NCBI GenBank assembly: GCA_947564525.1
Contig: CANOCK010000001.1
Coordinates: 6,992-70,991, forward strand
Length of the DNA stretch: 64,000 bases
Source: an uncultured bacterium
Lineage (GTDB): Bacteria; Actinomycetota; Coriobacteriia; Coriobacteriales; Eggerthellaceae
Direction: 5' to 3'
Both the position numbers and the translations under genes were made by a program. Position 1 is the stretch's first letter. Each line of letters begins with the position of its first letter. The notes under the pieces were generated by a model. The model searched no databases and was not told the DNA's origin. It saw only the letters and a list, made by a program, of their open reading frames with translations. Positions 17,652-26,462 of the stretch are shown here, piece after piece.

Positions 17652-17702
17652 CCATGCAAGGAGGGCGGCCGCCATCGCTGGCGGCCCGCCCTCCTTGCAT
17701 GG
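17652..17702 (-). terminator. Very stable hairpin downstream of rubredoxin, a possible terminator lacking a U-tract
   Basis: CCATGCAAGGAGGGCGG (17652-17668) pairs with CCGCCCTCCTTGCATGG (17686-17702), a 17-bp perfect stem. It lies about 90 nt after the rubredoxin stop on the minus strand. Confidence 0.45.
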
Positions 17703-17789
17703 TCCGGTCGCCCTCATGGCCGCCCCGTCCTTCAGCGCGGGCGACCCCTTGGCTTCCCGAGCCCCTCCTTTTTCAGCCTAGCGGCCTGC

Positions 17790-17954
17790 TTACTCCTCCA
17801 GCAGCGAGAACTCGCTCTTGGGGGCGCCGCACTCGGGGCATACCCAGTCGTCGGGCAGGTCCTCGAAGGGCGTGCCCGGGTCGATGCCGTTGTCCGGGTC
17901 GCCGATGGCGGGGTCGTAGATCCAGCCGCAGATGTCGCATTCGTACTTGGCCAT
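17790..17954 (-). CDS. rd: Rubredoxin (54 aa)
   Basis: The protein is [49 protein letters not shown], with both CxxCG and CPxCG knuckles. GGAGGA lies 6 nt upstream of the ATG. The ORF-track version is N-terminally over-extended. Confidence 0.95.
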   Translation of the reverse strand: MAKYECDICGWIYDPAIGDPDNGIDPGTPFEDLPDDWVCPECGAPKSEFSLLEE

Positions 17955-18036
17955 GGGAGTCCTCCGATCCTCGGTTCGTCGTGCCGTGGGCCCCGTCGCA
18001 TAGCAGCGAGGATGCTTGTCACGGTCTACTCCCGTC

Positions 18037-18042
18037 ATTGTA
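18037..18042 (-). promoter_or_regulatory. Candidate -10 box (TACAAT) for rubredoxin
   Basis: The minus strand reads CTACAATGACGGGAG, about 80 nt upstream of the ATG. It matches the recurrent TAYAAT + G-rich motif seen in this window. Confidence 0.35.
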
Positions 18043-18131
18043 GGCAGCTTGGCCGTCCCGCAGGGCCCAGGGCGCCGCCCCTTGGGCGCTCCGTTACGGA
18101 GCCATTGCCGTTTCGTTGCCGTCGCCTTCCC

Positions 18132-18137
18132 TATAAT
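18132..18137 (+). promoter_or_regulatory. Candidate -10 box (TATAAT) upstream of the recombinase gene
   Basis: CCCTATAATGGCC at 18129-18141. A second -10-like box, TATATAGGGGC, is at 18168-18178. Confidence 0.3.
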
Positions 18138-18255
18138 GGCCTACAGCCTACCTCTATACAGCTCATCTATATAGGGGCAGGCGGGCGAGGCGACAGGAGC
18201 GCGCGGGGGCCGGAGGCGGCCGACCCGCGGCCGAGGCCGGGAGAGGAGGGCCGCC

Positions 18256-19161
18256 ATGCTGGACCCCTTGGTGCGCGAGTACCTGACCTTCCTGCGCGTC
18301 GAGCGCGGCTGCTCCCCGCTGACCGGCGAGGCCTACGGTCACGACCTGCGCGAGTATGCCAGCTTCTTAGCCGAGCGCGACGTGGCCGACCCCTCGGCCA
18401 TCGACCGGGCGCTCATCGTGGAGTACGAGGCCGCCCTCGTCAAGGCCGGCATGGCCTCCACCACGGTGAAGCGGCGCATCTCGGTGCTAAAGGGGTTCCA
18501 CCGCTACCTGGTGCGCGAGGGCTACACGGCCAAGAACCCGGCGGACGCCGTCAGCCTGCCGAAGGCGCCGGAGGCGCTGCCGGACGTGCTGGGCATCGAG
18601 GAGATGGGCCAGCTGCTGGACGCCCACGACGACGAGGCCCCAGCGGGCCTGCGCGACCGGGCCCTCCTGGAGGTGCTCTATGGCTGCGGCTTGCGAGCCA
18701 GCGAGGCCGTGAGCCTCGACACCGGGGACGTCTTCCTCGAAGACGGCTTCGTGCGCGTGGTCGGCAAGGGGTCCAAGGAGCGCATCGCCCCCTTGGCCGG
18801 CAAGGCGGCGGAATGCCTGGGCCGCTACCTGGCCGACGGCCGCCCCGCCCTCAGCATGAAGGCCAAGGCGCCGCGCCCAGCGGACGTCTCGGCGGTGTTC
18901 CTCAACGCCCGCGGCGGCCGGCTCACGCGCCAGAGCGTCCATGCCATCGTGGCCCGCGCCGGCGCCGCGGTCGGTCGCCAGGGGCTGCACCCCCACACCC
19001 TGCGCCACTCCTTCGCCACCCACATGCTCGAAGGCGGCGCCGACCTGCGCGTCATCCAGGAGATCCTGGGCCACGCCGACATCTCCACCACCCAGATCTA
19101 CACCCACGTCGACCGCAGCCACCTCCAGGCCGAGTACCGTCACGCCCATCCGCGCGCCTAG
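18256..19161 (+). CDS. xerD: Tyrosine recombinase, XerD-like (XerC not excluded)
   Basis: It is 301 aa. The N-terminal SAM-like domain reads [25 protein letters not shown]. The catalytic region carries ARG...[42 protein letters not shown], giving the R..HxxR..Y set. Confidence 0.8.
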   Translation: MLDPLVREYLTFLRVERGCSPLTGEAYGHDLREYASFLAERDVADPSAIDRALIVEYEAALVKAGMASTTVKRRISVLKGFHRYLVREGYTAKNPADAVSLPKAPEALPDVLGIEEMGQLLDAHDDEAPAGLRDRALLEVLYGCGLRASEAVSLDTGDVFLEDGFVRVVGKGSKERIAPLAGKAAECLGRYLADGRPALSMKAKAPRPADVSAVFLNARGGRLTRQSVHAIVARAGAAVGRQGLHPHTLRHSFATHMLEGGADLRVIQEILGHADISTTQIYTHVDRSHLQAEYRHAHPRA

Positions 19162-19397
19162 GCGGCTCGTCGCGGGGCCATGCGCCGCCGGCGCCGCTGG
19201 CCGCCCGAGCCGCCTGGTCGTCCGCAAGCTGCCGTCCCGTGCCTAGCGGCGGCCCGCCCCGGCGCTCCCTCCCACGCCCCCTTCACGCATGCTCCACTTC
19301 TCCCCACCGTGGCCAATCTGGGCCTTCTCGAACGTGACGTGGCGAAACGCCCCAAGCACCCCTTCCTTTGCTCGAACACACGTTCTCTACCAGGGCT

Positions 19398-19464
19398 TTT
19401 GTGGGGCATTTTCACCCGTTTGTGGCGCCAAAGTGTTGTGTGGTGGGGGAAAGTGGGGTAATAT
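19398..19464 (+). promoter_or_regulatory. Candidate Pmra promoter overlapped by four WWWGTG(G/T) boxes, a putative MraZ operator
   Basis: The promoter is TTGTGT (19436-19441), a 17-nt spacer, then TAATAT (19459-19464). The boxes are TTTGTGG at 19398 and 19419, AAAGTGT at 19430 and AAAGTGG at 19450. Their spacings are 21, 11 and 20 nt. Confidence 0.45.
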
Positions 19465-19582
19465 GCAGAACACGCCTTGCTGGAGTTTTGAAGACGCATT
19501 ACCAAACGAAGCAGCGAAACGCACTACGCAACGCAACACCGAAACGCTCCAGTGAACGAACCCGAGGAAGGAGGCCAGCACC

Positions 19583-20062
19583 GTGGCCTTGGCGATCACG
19601 GAAGTAGAATCCGCCGTCGATGCGTCGCAACACGCAGTCGATCTCAACGGCGAATTCCACTTCAAGGTGGACGCGAAAGGCCGCGTGGCCCTTCCCTCAA
19701 AATTCCGCAAGGTGCTCTCGAAGGAGCTCGTGGTCACGTCGGACCCCAAGGGGGAGTGCGTGTACGTGTTCCAGGTGCAGGACTTCAACCACTGGGTGGA
19801 CCAGCTGTTCGCCGACAAGTTCGGCGGATACAACGCAACGGACCCCCAGCACGTGGCTCTGCGGCGCAAGCTGAAGGCGAGCGCCCGCGACGTGGAGGTC
19901 GATGCCCAGGGACGCATCATGCTCGCCGCCGAGGTGCGCGACAAGGCCGCCATCGACCGCGAGGTAGTGGTCATCGGCAACACGGGCCGCTTCGAGATCT
20001 GGGATGCGAAGCGTTACGAGCAGATGGACGCGGAAGTCGATCTGTCGCTGTTCTACAGCTAG
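19583..20062 (+). CDS. mraZ: Transcriptional regulator MraZ
   Basis: Two SpoVT/AbrB-like halves are present: VDAKGRVALPSKFRKVL and VDAQGRIMLAAEVRDKA. GTG at 19583 lies 8 nt after GGAAGGAGG. It is the first gene of the dcw cluster. Confidence 0.9.
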   Translation: MALAITEVESAVDASQHAVDLNGEFHFKVDAKGRVALPSKFRKVLSKELVVTSDPKGECVYVFQVQDFNHWVDQLFADKFGGYNATDPQHVALRRKLKASARDVEVDAQGRIMLAAEVRDKAAIDREVVVIGNTGRFEIWDAKRYEQMDAEVDLSLFYS

Positions 20063-20100
20063 GCCGCACGGGTCTGGCACCGCAGGCAGCCTCGTAAGAC

Positions 20101-21066
20101 GTGAGCGTGATGACAAGCGAATATCGGCATATTCCGGTCCTGCAGCCCGAGTGCCTCGAACGACTCGACCTTGAAACGCACCCTACGTTCGTGGACGCAA
20201 CGCTCGGATTCGCAGGGCATTCCTTCCCAGCAGCCCAACAACTCGGCTCAGACGGGCTGCTCATAGGGATCGATCAGGACGAGGTGGCCCTGGCCGCCGC
20301 CAGCCGCCGGCTCGACGAGCTGCCCGAGGGCGCGCGCCCGACGGTGAAGCTGCTCCACGGCAACTTCGGCGACTTGGACGAGCTGCTGCTCGGCTGCGCC
20401 ATACCAGGCATCGACGCCATACTGTTCGACCTGGGGGTCTCCTCGGTCCAGATCGACACGCCAGCCCGAGGCTTCTCCTTCAAGGAGAAGGCCCCGTTGG
20501 ACATGCGGATGGATCCGGGTACCCAAACCCTAACCGCAGCAGAGATCCTCAACACCTACGACGCAGCAGATCTCGCCCGGATCATTCGCGCCTACTCCGA
20601 CGAGAGGTGGGCCAGCCGCATCGCTGAGTTCATCGTGCACGCGCGTGCCGCGCGCCCGTTCGAGACGAGCGACCAGCTGGTCGACGTGGTGAAGGCGGCG
20701 ATCCCAGCCTCGGCGCGCCGCGCCGGGGGGCACCCGGCCAAGCGCACGTTCCAAGCGCTGCGCATCGAGGTCAACGGCGAGCTCGACGTGCTTCGCCGCG
20801 GCCTGGAAGCGGCCATCCGCTGGCTCAACCCCGGCGGCCGCATCGCGGTGCTGAGCTACCACTCCCTGGAGGACCGCATCGTCAAGGACGCCTTCGCCCG
20901 CCTAGCGGACCGGTGCACCTGCCCGCCGGACCTCCCGGTGTGCCTGTGCGGGAAGCAGCCGATAGTCGACCTGGTCACGCGCAAGCCGCTCGTGCCCACC
21001 CCTGAAGAGATAGCGCGCAACCCCCGCGCTCGCAGCGCCAAGCTGCGCGTGGCGGAGAAGCGCTGA
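20101..21066 (+). CDS. rsmH: 16S rRNA (cytosine1402-N4)-methyltransferase
   Basis: Motifs HIPVLQPECL, VDATLGFAGHS, LFDLGVSS and SYHSLEDRIVK are present. The start is ambiguous between GTG 20101 and ATG 20110. Confidence 0.93.
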   Translation: MSVMTSEYRHIPVLQPECLERLDLETHPTFVDATLGFAGHSFPAAQQLGSDGLLIGIDQDEVALAAASRRLDELPEGARPTVKLLHGNFGDLDELLLGCAIPGIDAILFDLGVSSVQIDTPARGFSFKEKAPLDMRMDPGTQTLTAAEILNTYDAADLARIIRAYSDERWASRIAEFIVHARAARPFETSDQLVDVVKAAIPASARRAGGHPAKRTFQALRIEVNGELDVLRRGLEAAIRWLNPGGRIAVLSYHSLEDRIVKDAFARLADRCTCPPDLPVCLCGKQPIVDLVTRKPLVPTPEEIARNPRARSAKLRVAEKR

Positions 21067-21159
21067 GGCGGCCCTCGCCGAGGGCGCCCTTCGGCTCCGG
21101 GACCGCCAGGCGGCGCTCGGGCCGGAGCCCACGACGAAGGAAACCGAGGGAAGGCCGCC

Positions 21160-21642
21160 ATGTCCGCCGCACCTGCATACGATCTGTCCTACTTCCAGCC
21201 GGCGCCGGTGGCGCCGACCCGGCCCCAGCCGGTCGCGCCGCGCCACCCCCATCCCGACGTCCGCTTCACCGCCAACCCCGATGCCGCGCCGGGCACGGCC
21301 CCGGTGGTGCTGGTGGCCCGCATCGCCGCTGCGGTGCTGGTGCTGCTGGCGGCGCTGTCCCTGGGGCGTCTGGCCCTGACCTCGGCCACCGTGGCCACGG
21401 CCATCGAGAACCAGGGCATCGAGACCCAGATCGACACCGCCCGCACCGAGGGCAGCACCCTCGAGATCAGCCAGAGCAAGCTCTCGGCCCCCAACCGCAT
21501 CAAGAGCGAGGCCAAGGCCATGGGCATGGCCGCCCCGTCCAGCGCCATGATGATCGACCTGTCCGGTGACGTGGTGGTCACCGACCAGCAGGGAAATCTG
21601 TCGTTATCGGGGAGTGTGGCGGCCGTCGCGCAGAGCGCCTAG
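21160..21642 (+). CDS. ftsL: FtsL-like cell-division membrane protein
   Basis: It occupies the position between rsmH and ftsI. It has a Pro-rich N-terminus, a single TM segment (VVLVARIAAAVLVLLAALSLG) and a short extracytoplasmic helical region. The call rests on position and topology only. Confidence 0.6.
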   Translation: MSAAPAYDLSYFQPAPVAPTRPQPVAPRHPHPDVRFTANPDAAPGTAPVVLVARIAAAVLVLLAALSLGRLALTSATVATAIENQGIETQIDTARTEGSTLEISQSKLSAPNRIKSEAKAMGMAAPSSAMMIDLSGDVVVTDQQGNLSLSGSVAAVAQSA

Positions 21643-21664
21643 GAGAGGGCGTACCCTACCGTCT

Positions 21665-23428
21665 ATGGCTCAAGGCAACGGCAACAAACCGGCTTCCGCC
21701 GCTCGCGACACCCTCAGGAAGGTGTCGCGCCCCGTGGTGAACGGCGTGTCCTCGGTGCTCACCTTCGTGGGCGACGGGCGCATCAAGATCGTGTGCGGCG
21801 CCTTCCTCGTGGTGGCGGCCGTCTTCCTGCTGCGCCTGGTGTTCCTGCAGGTCATCGTCGCCGACAGCTACGCGGCCATGGCCGAGGAGTCCCGCACCAT
21901 CAACTTCACCACCACGCCGCGCCGCGGCACCATCTACGACCGCAACGGCCTGGTGCTGGCCACCAGCGTGGACGCCACCACCATCTACGCGAACCCCGCC
22001 GAGGTCACCGACTCCGGCCTGGAAGCCGCCAAGCTCGCCGAGGTCCTGGGCGGCAAGGCCGAGGACTACAAGAAGAAGCTGGAGCAGAAGGACACCACCT
22101 TCGTCTACATAGAGCGCCAGGCCGAGGTGGAGAAGGCCGACCAGGTGAAGGCCCTCGGGCTCGCCGGCGTCTACTTCATCCCCGACACGCGGCGCGAGTA
22201 CCCCAACGGCGCCATCGGCGGACAGGTCATCGGCTTCTGCAACGTGGACGGTCAGGGCATCACCGGCCTGGAGCTGCAGTACGACGAGATCCTGCAGGGC
22301 ACCCCGGGCACCTATGTGGCCGAGCGCGGCGAGAAGGGCACCCCCATCCCCGGCGGCGTGCGGGAGCACATCCCCGCCAAGGACGGCGAGGACATCATGA
22401 TATCCCTGGACATCAAGCTCCAGGAGGTGGTGGAGGACCGCCTCGAGGAGGAGGCGGAGCGCCTATCCACGGAGACGGGCAGCGCCGTGGTCATGGACGG
22501 CGGCACCGGCGAGATCTACGCCATCTGCTCGCTGCCCTACATGGACCCCACCGACATGGCGGAGAGCAAGCTGGGCTCCGACCAGGTGACCGCCATCACC
22601 TCGGCCATCGAGCCGGGCTCGGTGTTCAAGACCCTGACGGCGCTCTGCGTGCGCGAGAAGGACGTGATGGGCACCGAGGACGTGCTGGACTGCCCGGCCG
22701 TGCTCACCGCCAACGACTACGAGGTGAGCGACGCCCGGGAGCGCGACGATGCGGTGTACAGCCTGCGCGAGATCATGGCCCGCTCCTCCAACGTGGGCAT
22801 ATCCCTGGCGGCCGAGAAGCTCGGCTTCAACAACCTCTACGAGGCCATCCTGCGCTACAACTTCGCCGAGCGCACCGGCGTGGACTATCCCGGCGAGATG
22901 GCCGGCTACCTGCAGGACTTCAACAACTGGGGCCGCATCGTGGGCTACAACGTCAGCTTCGGCCAGGGAATCTCCACCACGCCGCTGCAGATCGTGCGCT
23001 TCTACGGCGCCCTGGCCAACAACGGCGTCGAGGTGACCCCGCACTTCCTCATGTACAAGCCCCAGTCCGACGAGCGCCCGGTCTATGCCGTGGAGCGCGT
23101 GTGCTTCGACCAGGCCGCCATCGACGACACCATCTCCATGCTGCGCAGCGTGGTGACCGACGGCACGGGCAAGGACGCGGCCGTGCCCGGCTATGAGGTG
23201 GTGGGCAAGACCTCCACCGCCGAGATCGCCTCGTCGGGCACCTACCTGGAGGACCGCTACAACCTGTGCTTCACCGGGTTCATCGCCAACTCGTCGAGCA
23301 AGCTCATCACCTACGTGGGAGCCAACGACGTTGCCTACGACGGCACGGTGACCGCTGCAGCGGGCGACATCATGTCCCACATCGTCGAGCAGTACAATGT
23401 GGTGCAGTACGACCTGGGCGACCTGTAG
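21665..23428 (+). CDS. ftsI: Class B penicillin-binding protein (FtsI-type transpeptidase)
   Basis: It has an N-terminal TM, a PBP dimer domain, and the SVFK (SxxK), SSN and KTS motifs. ATG at 21665 reads MAQGNGNKP. Confidence 0.9.
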   Translation: MAQGNGNKPASAARDTLRKVSRPVVNGVSSVLTFVGDGRIKIVCGAFLVVAAVFLLRLVFLQVIVADSYAAMAEESRTINFTTTPRRGTIYDRNGLVLATSVDATTIYANPAEVTDSGLEAAKLAEVLGGKAEDYKKKLEQKDTTFVYIERQAEVEKADQVKALGLAGVYFIPDTRREYPNGAIGGQVIGFCNVDGQGITGLELQYDEILQGTPGTYVAERGEKGTPIPGGVREHIPAKDGEDIMISLDIKLQEVVEDRLEEEAERLSTETGSAVVMDGGTGEIYAICSLPYMDPTDMAESKLGSDQVTAITSAIEPGSVFKTLTALCVREKDVMGTEDVLDCPAVLTANDYEVSDARERDDAVYSLREIMARSSNVGISLAAEKLGFNNLYEAILRYNFAERTGVDYPGEMAGYLQDFNNWGRIVGYNVSFGQGISTTPLQIVRFYGALANNGVEVTPHFLMYKPQSDERPVYAVERVCFDQAAIDDTISMLRSVVTDGTGKDAAVPGYEVVGKTSTAEIASSGTYLEDRYNLCFTGFIANSSSKLITYVGANDVAYDGTVTAAAGDIMSHIVEQYNVVQYDLGDL

Positions 23429-23458
23429 GATCCGGCACGCCTGAGAGAGGGGACGACC

Positions 23459-24934
23459 ATGGCGAAGACATGCGGCGAGCTGTTCGAGGGCTACGACTGC
23501 ACCATCCTGGGCGACGGGGCCGAGCCGGTGCGCGGCCTGGCCTATCGCAGCGATCGCGTGGAGGAGGGGGACCTGTTCTTCTGCATCGTGGGGCTGGTGG
23601 CCGACGGGCACACCTTCGCCCAGGACGCCATCGACCACGGGGCCCGCACGCTGGTGGTGGAGCGCGTGCCGCACCTGGCCGACTCCACGGGGGTGACCGA
23701 GGTGGTGGTGGCCGACAGCCGCCGGGCCATGGCCTTCGCCTCGGCTCGCTTCTACGACGATCCCTCCGAGGACTTCCAGCTGGTGGGCATCACCGGCACC
23801 AACGGCAAGACCACCACCACCTACCTGGTGGAGGCCATCGCCCGCGCGGCGGGGGAGAAGACCGGCGTCATCGGCACCGTGGGGGTGCAGGTGGGCGACG
23901 AGCGGCTGCCCAGCGCCCACACCACCCCGGAGTCCCCCGACCTGCAGGCCATCATGGCGCGCATGCGCGACGCCGGCTGCAAGGTGGTGGCCATGGAGGT
24001 GAGCTCCCACGCGCTGGACCTGGAGCGCACCTGGGGGCTGCGCTTCGCCGTGACGGCGTTCACCAACCTCACCCAGGACCACCTGGACTACCACAAGACC
24101 TTCGACGCCTACTTCGAGGCCAAGGCGCTGCTGTTCTCCAGCGACTACCCGGCGGCCCGCGTCATCAGCATCGAGGACGAATGGGGCCGCGAGCTGGCGC
24201 GCCGCTGCCGCGAGGCGGGGGACGCGGTGACCACCACGGGCTTCGGGCCCGAGGCGGACATCTACCCGGTGAGCGTGGACTACGGCGCCACGGGCACCAC
24301 GGTGGAGCTGGCTGTGGCCTCGCTCGGCCGCACCGTGGGCTTCACCTACCCCTTGGTGGGGCGCTTCAACGTGGAGAACGTCATGACCGCCTTCGGCTGC
24401 GGCCTGGCTCTGGGCATCGATGCCGACACCATCGTGGCCGCCCTGGCCGACGTGCCGCCGGTGCCGGGGCGCCTGCAGCGGGTGGGCCAGCCGGGCGACC
24501 CGGCGGTCTACGTGGACTACGCCCACACCCCCGACGCCCTGGAGAAGGCCATCGCCTCGGTGCGGGAGCTCGGCCGCGGCCGCACCATCGTGGTGTTCGG
24601 CTGCGGCGGCGACCGCGACGCGGGCAAGCGCCCGCTCATGGGCGCGGCGGCGCTGACGGCGGACTACGCGGTGGTCACCAGCGACAACCCGCGCAACGAG
24701 GCCCCCATGGACATCATCGCCGACATCGTGGCCGGCATGGCCGCCGAGGAGCGCTTCGAGGTGGAGCCGGACCGCCGGGCCGCCATCGGCCGGGCCATCG
24801 CCCTGGCCGGGCCGGCCGACGTGGTGCTCGTCGCCGGCAAGGGCCACGAGGACTACCAGATCATCGGCGGCGAGACCATCCACTTCGACGACTGCGAGGC
24901 GGCGGCCGAGGCCCTGGCCGCAGCGCGGGCCTAG
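23459..24934 (+). CDS. murE: UDP-MurNAc-L-Ala-D-Glu:meso-DAP ligase
   Basis: GITGTNGKTTTTYL is present. The DNPR motif (TSDNPRNE) indicates DAP specificity. Confidence 0.95.
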   Translation: MAKTCGELFEGYDCTILGDGAEPVRGLAYRSDRVEEGDLFFCIVGLVADGHTFAQDAIDHGARTLVVERVPHLADSTGVTEVVVADSRRAMAFASARFYDDPSEDFQLVGITGTNGKTTTTYLVEAIARAAGEKTGVIGTVGVQVGDERLPSAHTTPESPDLQAIMARMRDAGCKVVAMEVSSHALDLERTWGLRFAVTAFTNLTQDHLDYHKTFDAYFEAKALLFSSDYPAARVISIEDEWGRELARRCREAGDAVTTTGFGPEADIYPVSVDYGATGTTVELAVASLGRTVGFTYPLVGRFNVENVMTAFGCGLALGIDADTIVAALADVPPVPGRLQRVGQPGDPAVYVDYAHTPDALEKAIASVRELGRGRTIVVFGCGGDRDAGKRPLMGAAALTADYAVVTSDNPRNEAPMDIIADIVAGMAAEERFEVEPDRRAAIGRAIALAGPADVVLVAGKGHEDYQIIGGETIHFDDCEAAAEALAAARA

Positions 24935-24946
24935 GAGGGCACGGCC

Positions 24947-26461
24947 ATGCGGCTGAACTCCAAGCAGATCTGCGAGGCCACCGGCGGCCGCTTCCTGGCG
25001 AGCCCTATCGACCCCTCGGCCCTGCTGACGGGCATGAGCTGGGACTCGCGGCGCATCCAGCCCGGCTGGCTCTACGTGGCGCTGCCCGGCGAGCGGGTGG
25101 ACGGCCATGACTTCGTGGAGGCGGCCCTGCGCAAGGGCGCAGCCGGAGCCCTGGTCACCGAGGCGCCGACCGGGGCCGCCATGACCTTGGCTCGCGAGAT
25201 GGGGGCCGCCGTCATCGAGGTGCCCAACACCGCCCATGCCCTGACCGACCTGGCGCGCGCCTGGCGGGGGCACCTGCGGGCCACCGTGGTGGGGCTCACC
25301 GGCTCCACGGGCAAGACCACCACGAAGAACCTGCTGCGCGACGTGCTGGCGCGCCGCTTCGCCGTGGTGGCCACCGAGGCCAACCAGAACAACGAGCTGG
25401 GGGTGCCCAACACCCTCCTGGCCGCCGACCCCTCCACCGAGGTGGTGGTGGTGGAGATGGGCATGCGCGGCCAGGGCCAGATAGCCGAGCTCTGCTCCTT
25501 CGTGCGACCGGACGTGGGCGTGGTCACCAACGTCGGCGAGTGCCACATCGAGCTGCTGGGCAGCCGCGAGGCCATCGCCCAGGCCAAGGCGGAGCTGCTC
25601 GAGGCGCTGCCGCCGGGCACGGGCCGCGCCGTGGTGAACGCCGCGGATCCCCTCAGCCTCTACGGAGCCGACCAGGCGGGGCTCGGCGCCCGCGCCGTGG
25701 CCACGGTGCTCTTCGACGGCTCGGGCGAGGCGCCGGCCAACGGCCCCCAGCGGGAAGGGGCCGCCTTGGGCCCGCGGGTATGGGCCGAGGGCGTGGCCCT
25801 CGACGCCGAGGGGCGTCCTGCCTTCACCCTGTGCGCTGCCGGCTTCGACGGTCCGGCGCCTGCGGGCGGCCAGGACGCGCTGTTCGCCGACATCCCCGAG
25901 CGGTGCCCCTGCACCGTGGGGCTCCAGGGGGCCCACAACGTCGCCAACGCCTGCGCCGTGGCCGCCGTGGCCCGCAGCCTGGGGATGGGCCTGCCGCTCA
26001 TCGCCGAGGCCCTGGCGGCGGCGGTGCCTGAGAGCGGCCGCCAGGAGATGCTGCGCGCCCGCAGCGGCTGCACCGTGGTGAACGATGCCTACAACGCCAA
26101 CCCCGACTCCATGCGCGCGTCCCTGGCCATGTTCAAGGCGCTGCCCGTGGCCGGCGCCCGCTACGCGGTGCTCGGCGACATGGCGGAGCTGGGCGACTAC
26201 GCCGAGGCCTGTCACCGCTCCGTGGGCGCCTTCGCCGCTGGCTGCGGCCTCGACGGCCTCGTCTGCGTGGGCCCCTTGGCGGCGCTCATCGCCGAAGGGG
26301 CGGCTGAGGCGGGCTTCCCGCGCGATAGAATGGTACGCGCCAATACGGTAGCCGACGTGCTCGAGGTGCTCGATGCGCGGCTGGAGCCCGAGGACGCGGT
26401 GCTGGTGAAGGCCTCGCACTCCACGGGGCTCTCGCGCGTGGTGGAAGGGCTGGTCAACTGA
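24947..26461 (+). CDS. murF: UDP-MurNAc-tripeptide:D-Ala-D-Ala ligase
   Basis: GLTGSTGKTTTKNLL and NDAYNANP are present, and the gene sits at the expected dcw position. It carries a ~50-aa insert (GSGEAPANGPQREG...) relative to typical MurF. Confidence 0.92.
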   Translation: MRLNSKQICEATGGRFLASPIDPSALLTGMSWDSRRIQPGWLYVALPGERVDGHDFVEAALRKGAAGALVTEAPTGAAMTLAREMGAAVIEVPNTAHALTDLARAWRGHLRATVVGLTGSTGKTTTKNLLRDVLARRFAVVATEANQNNELGVPNTLLAADPSTEVVVVEMGMRGQGQIAELCSFVRPDVGVVTNVGECHIELLGSREAIAQAKAELLEALPPGTGRAVVNAADPLSLYGADQAGLGARAVATVLFDGSGEAPANGPQREGAALGPRVWAEGVALDAEGRPAFTLCAAGFDGPAPAGGQDALFADIPERCPCTVGLQGAHNVANACAVAAVARSLGMGLPLIAEALAAAVPESGRQEMLRARSGCTVVNDAYNANPDSMRASLAMFKALPVAGARYAVLGDMAELGDYAEACHRSVGAFAAGCGLDGLVCVGPLAALIAEGAAEAGFPRDRMVRANTVADVLEVLDARLEPEDAVLVKASHSTGLSRVVEGLVN

Positions 26462-26462
26462 T

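Larger units (their letters stand above)
9543..17789. other. Composite accessory / variable segment, a synteny break between the aro block and rubredoxin-xerD-dcw
   Basis: Composition drops in 9.66-13.9 kb. Sampled 60-nt lines give about 47-60% G+C against about 62-75% in the flanks. Contents are a surface protein gene, a pseudogene, an IS element and repeat-dense non-coding DNA. Confidence 0.7.

Noticed and set aside
17394-19337. A 647-aa plus-strand ORF spanning the non-coding region, rubredoxin (antisense) and the recombinase gene. The listed ORFs at 16883-17659 (-) and 16721-17068 (+) belong with it.
   Set aside because: These are Arg/Pro/Gly-rich shadow translations running through repeats and hairpins. 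They have no RBS or family motifs. The xerD-like frame at 18256 and the rubredoxin frame explain the coding signal.
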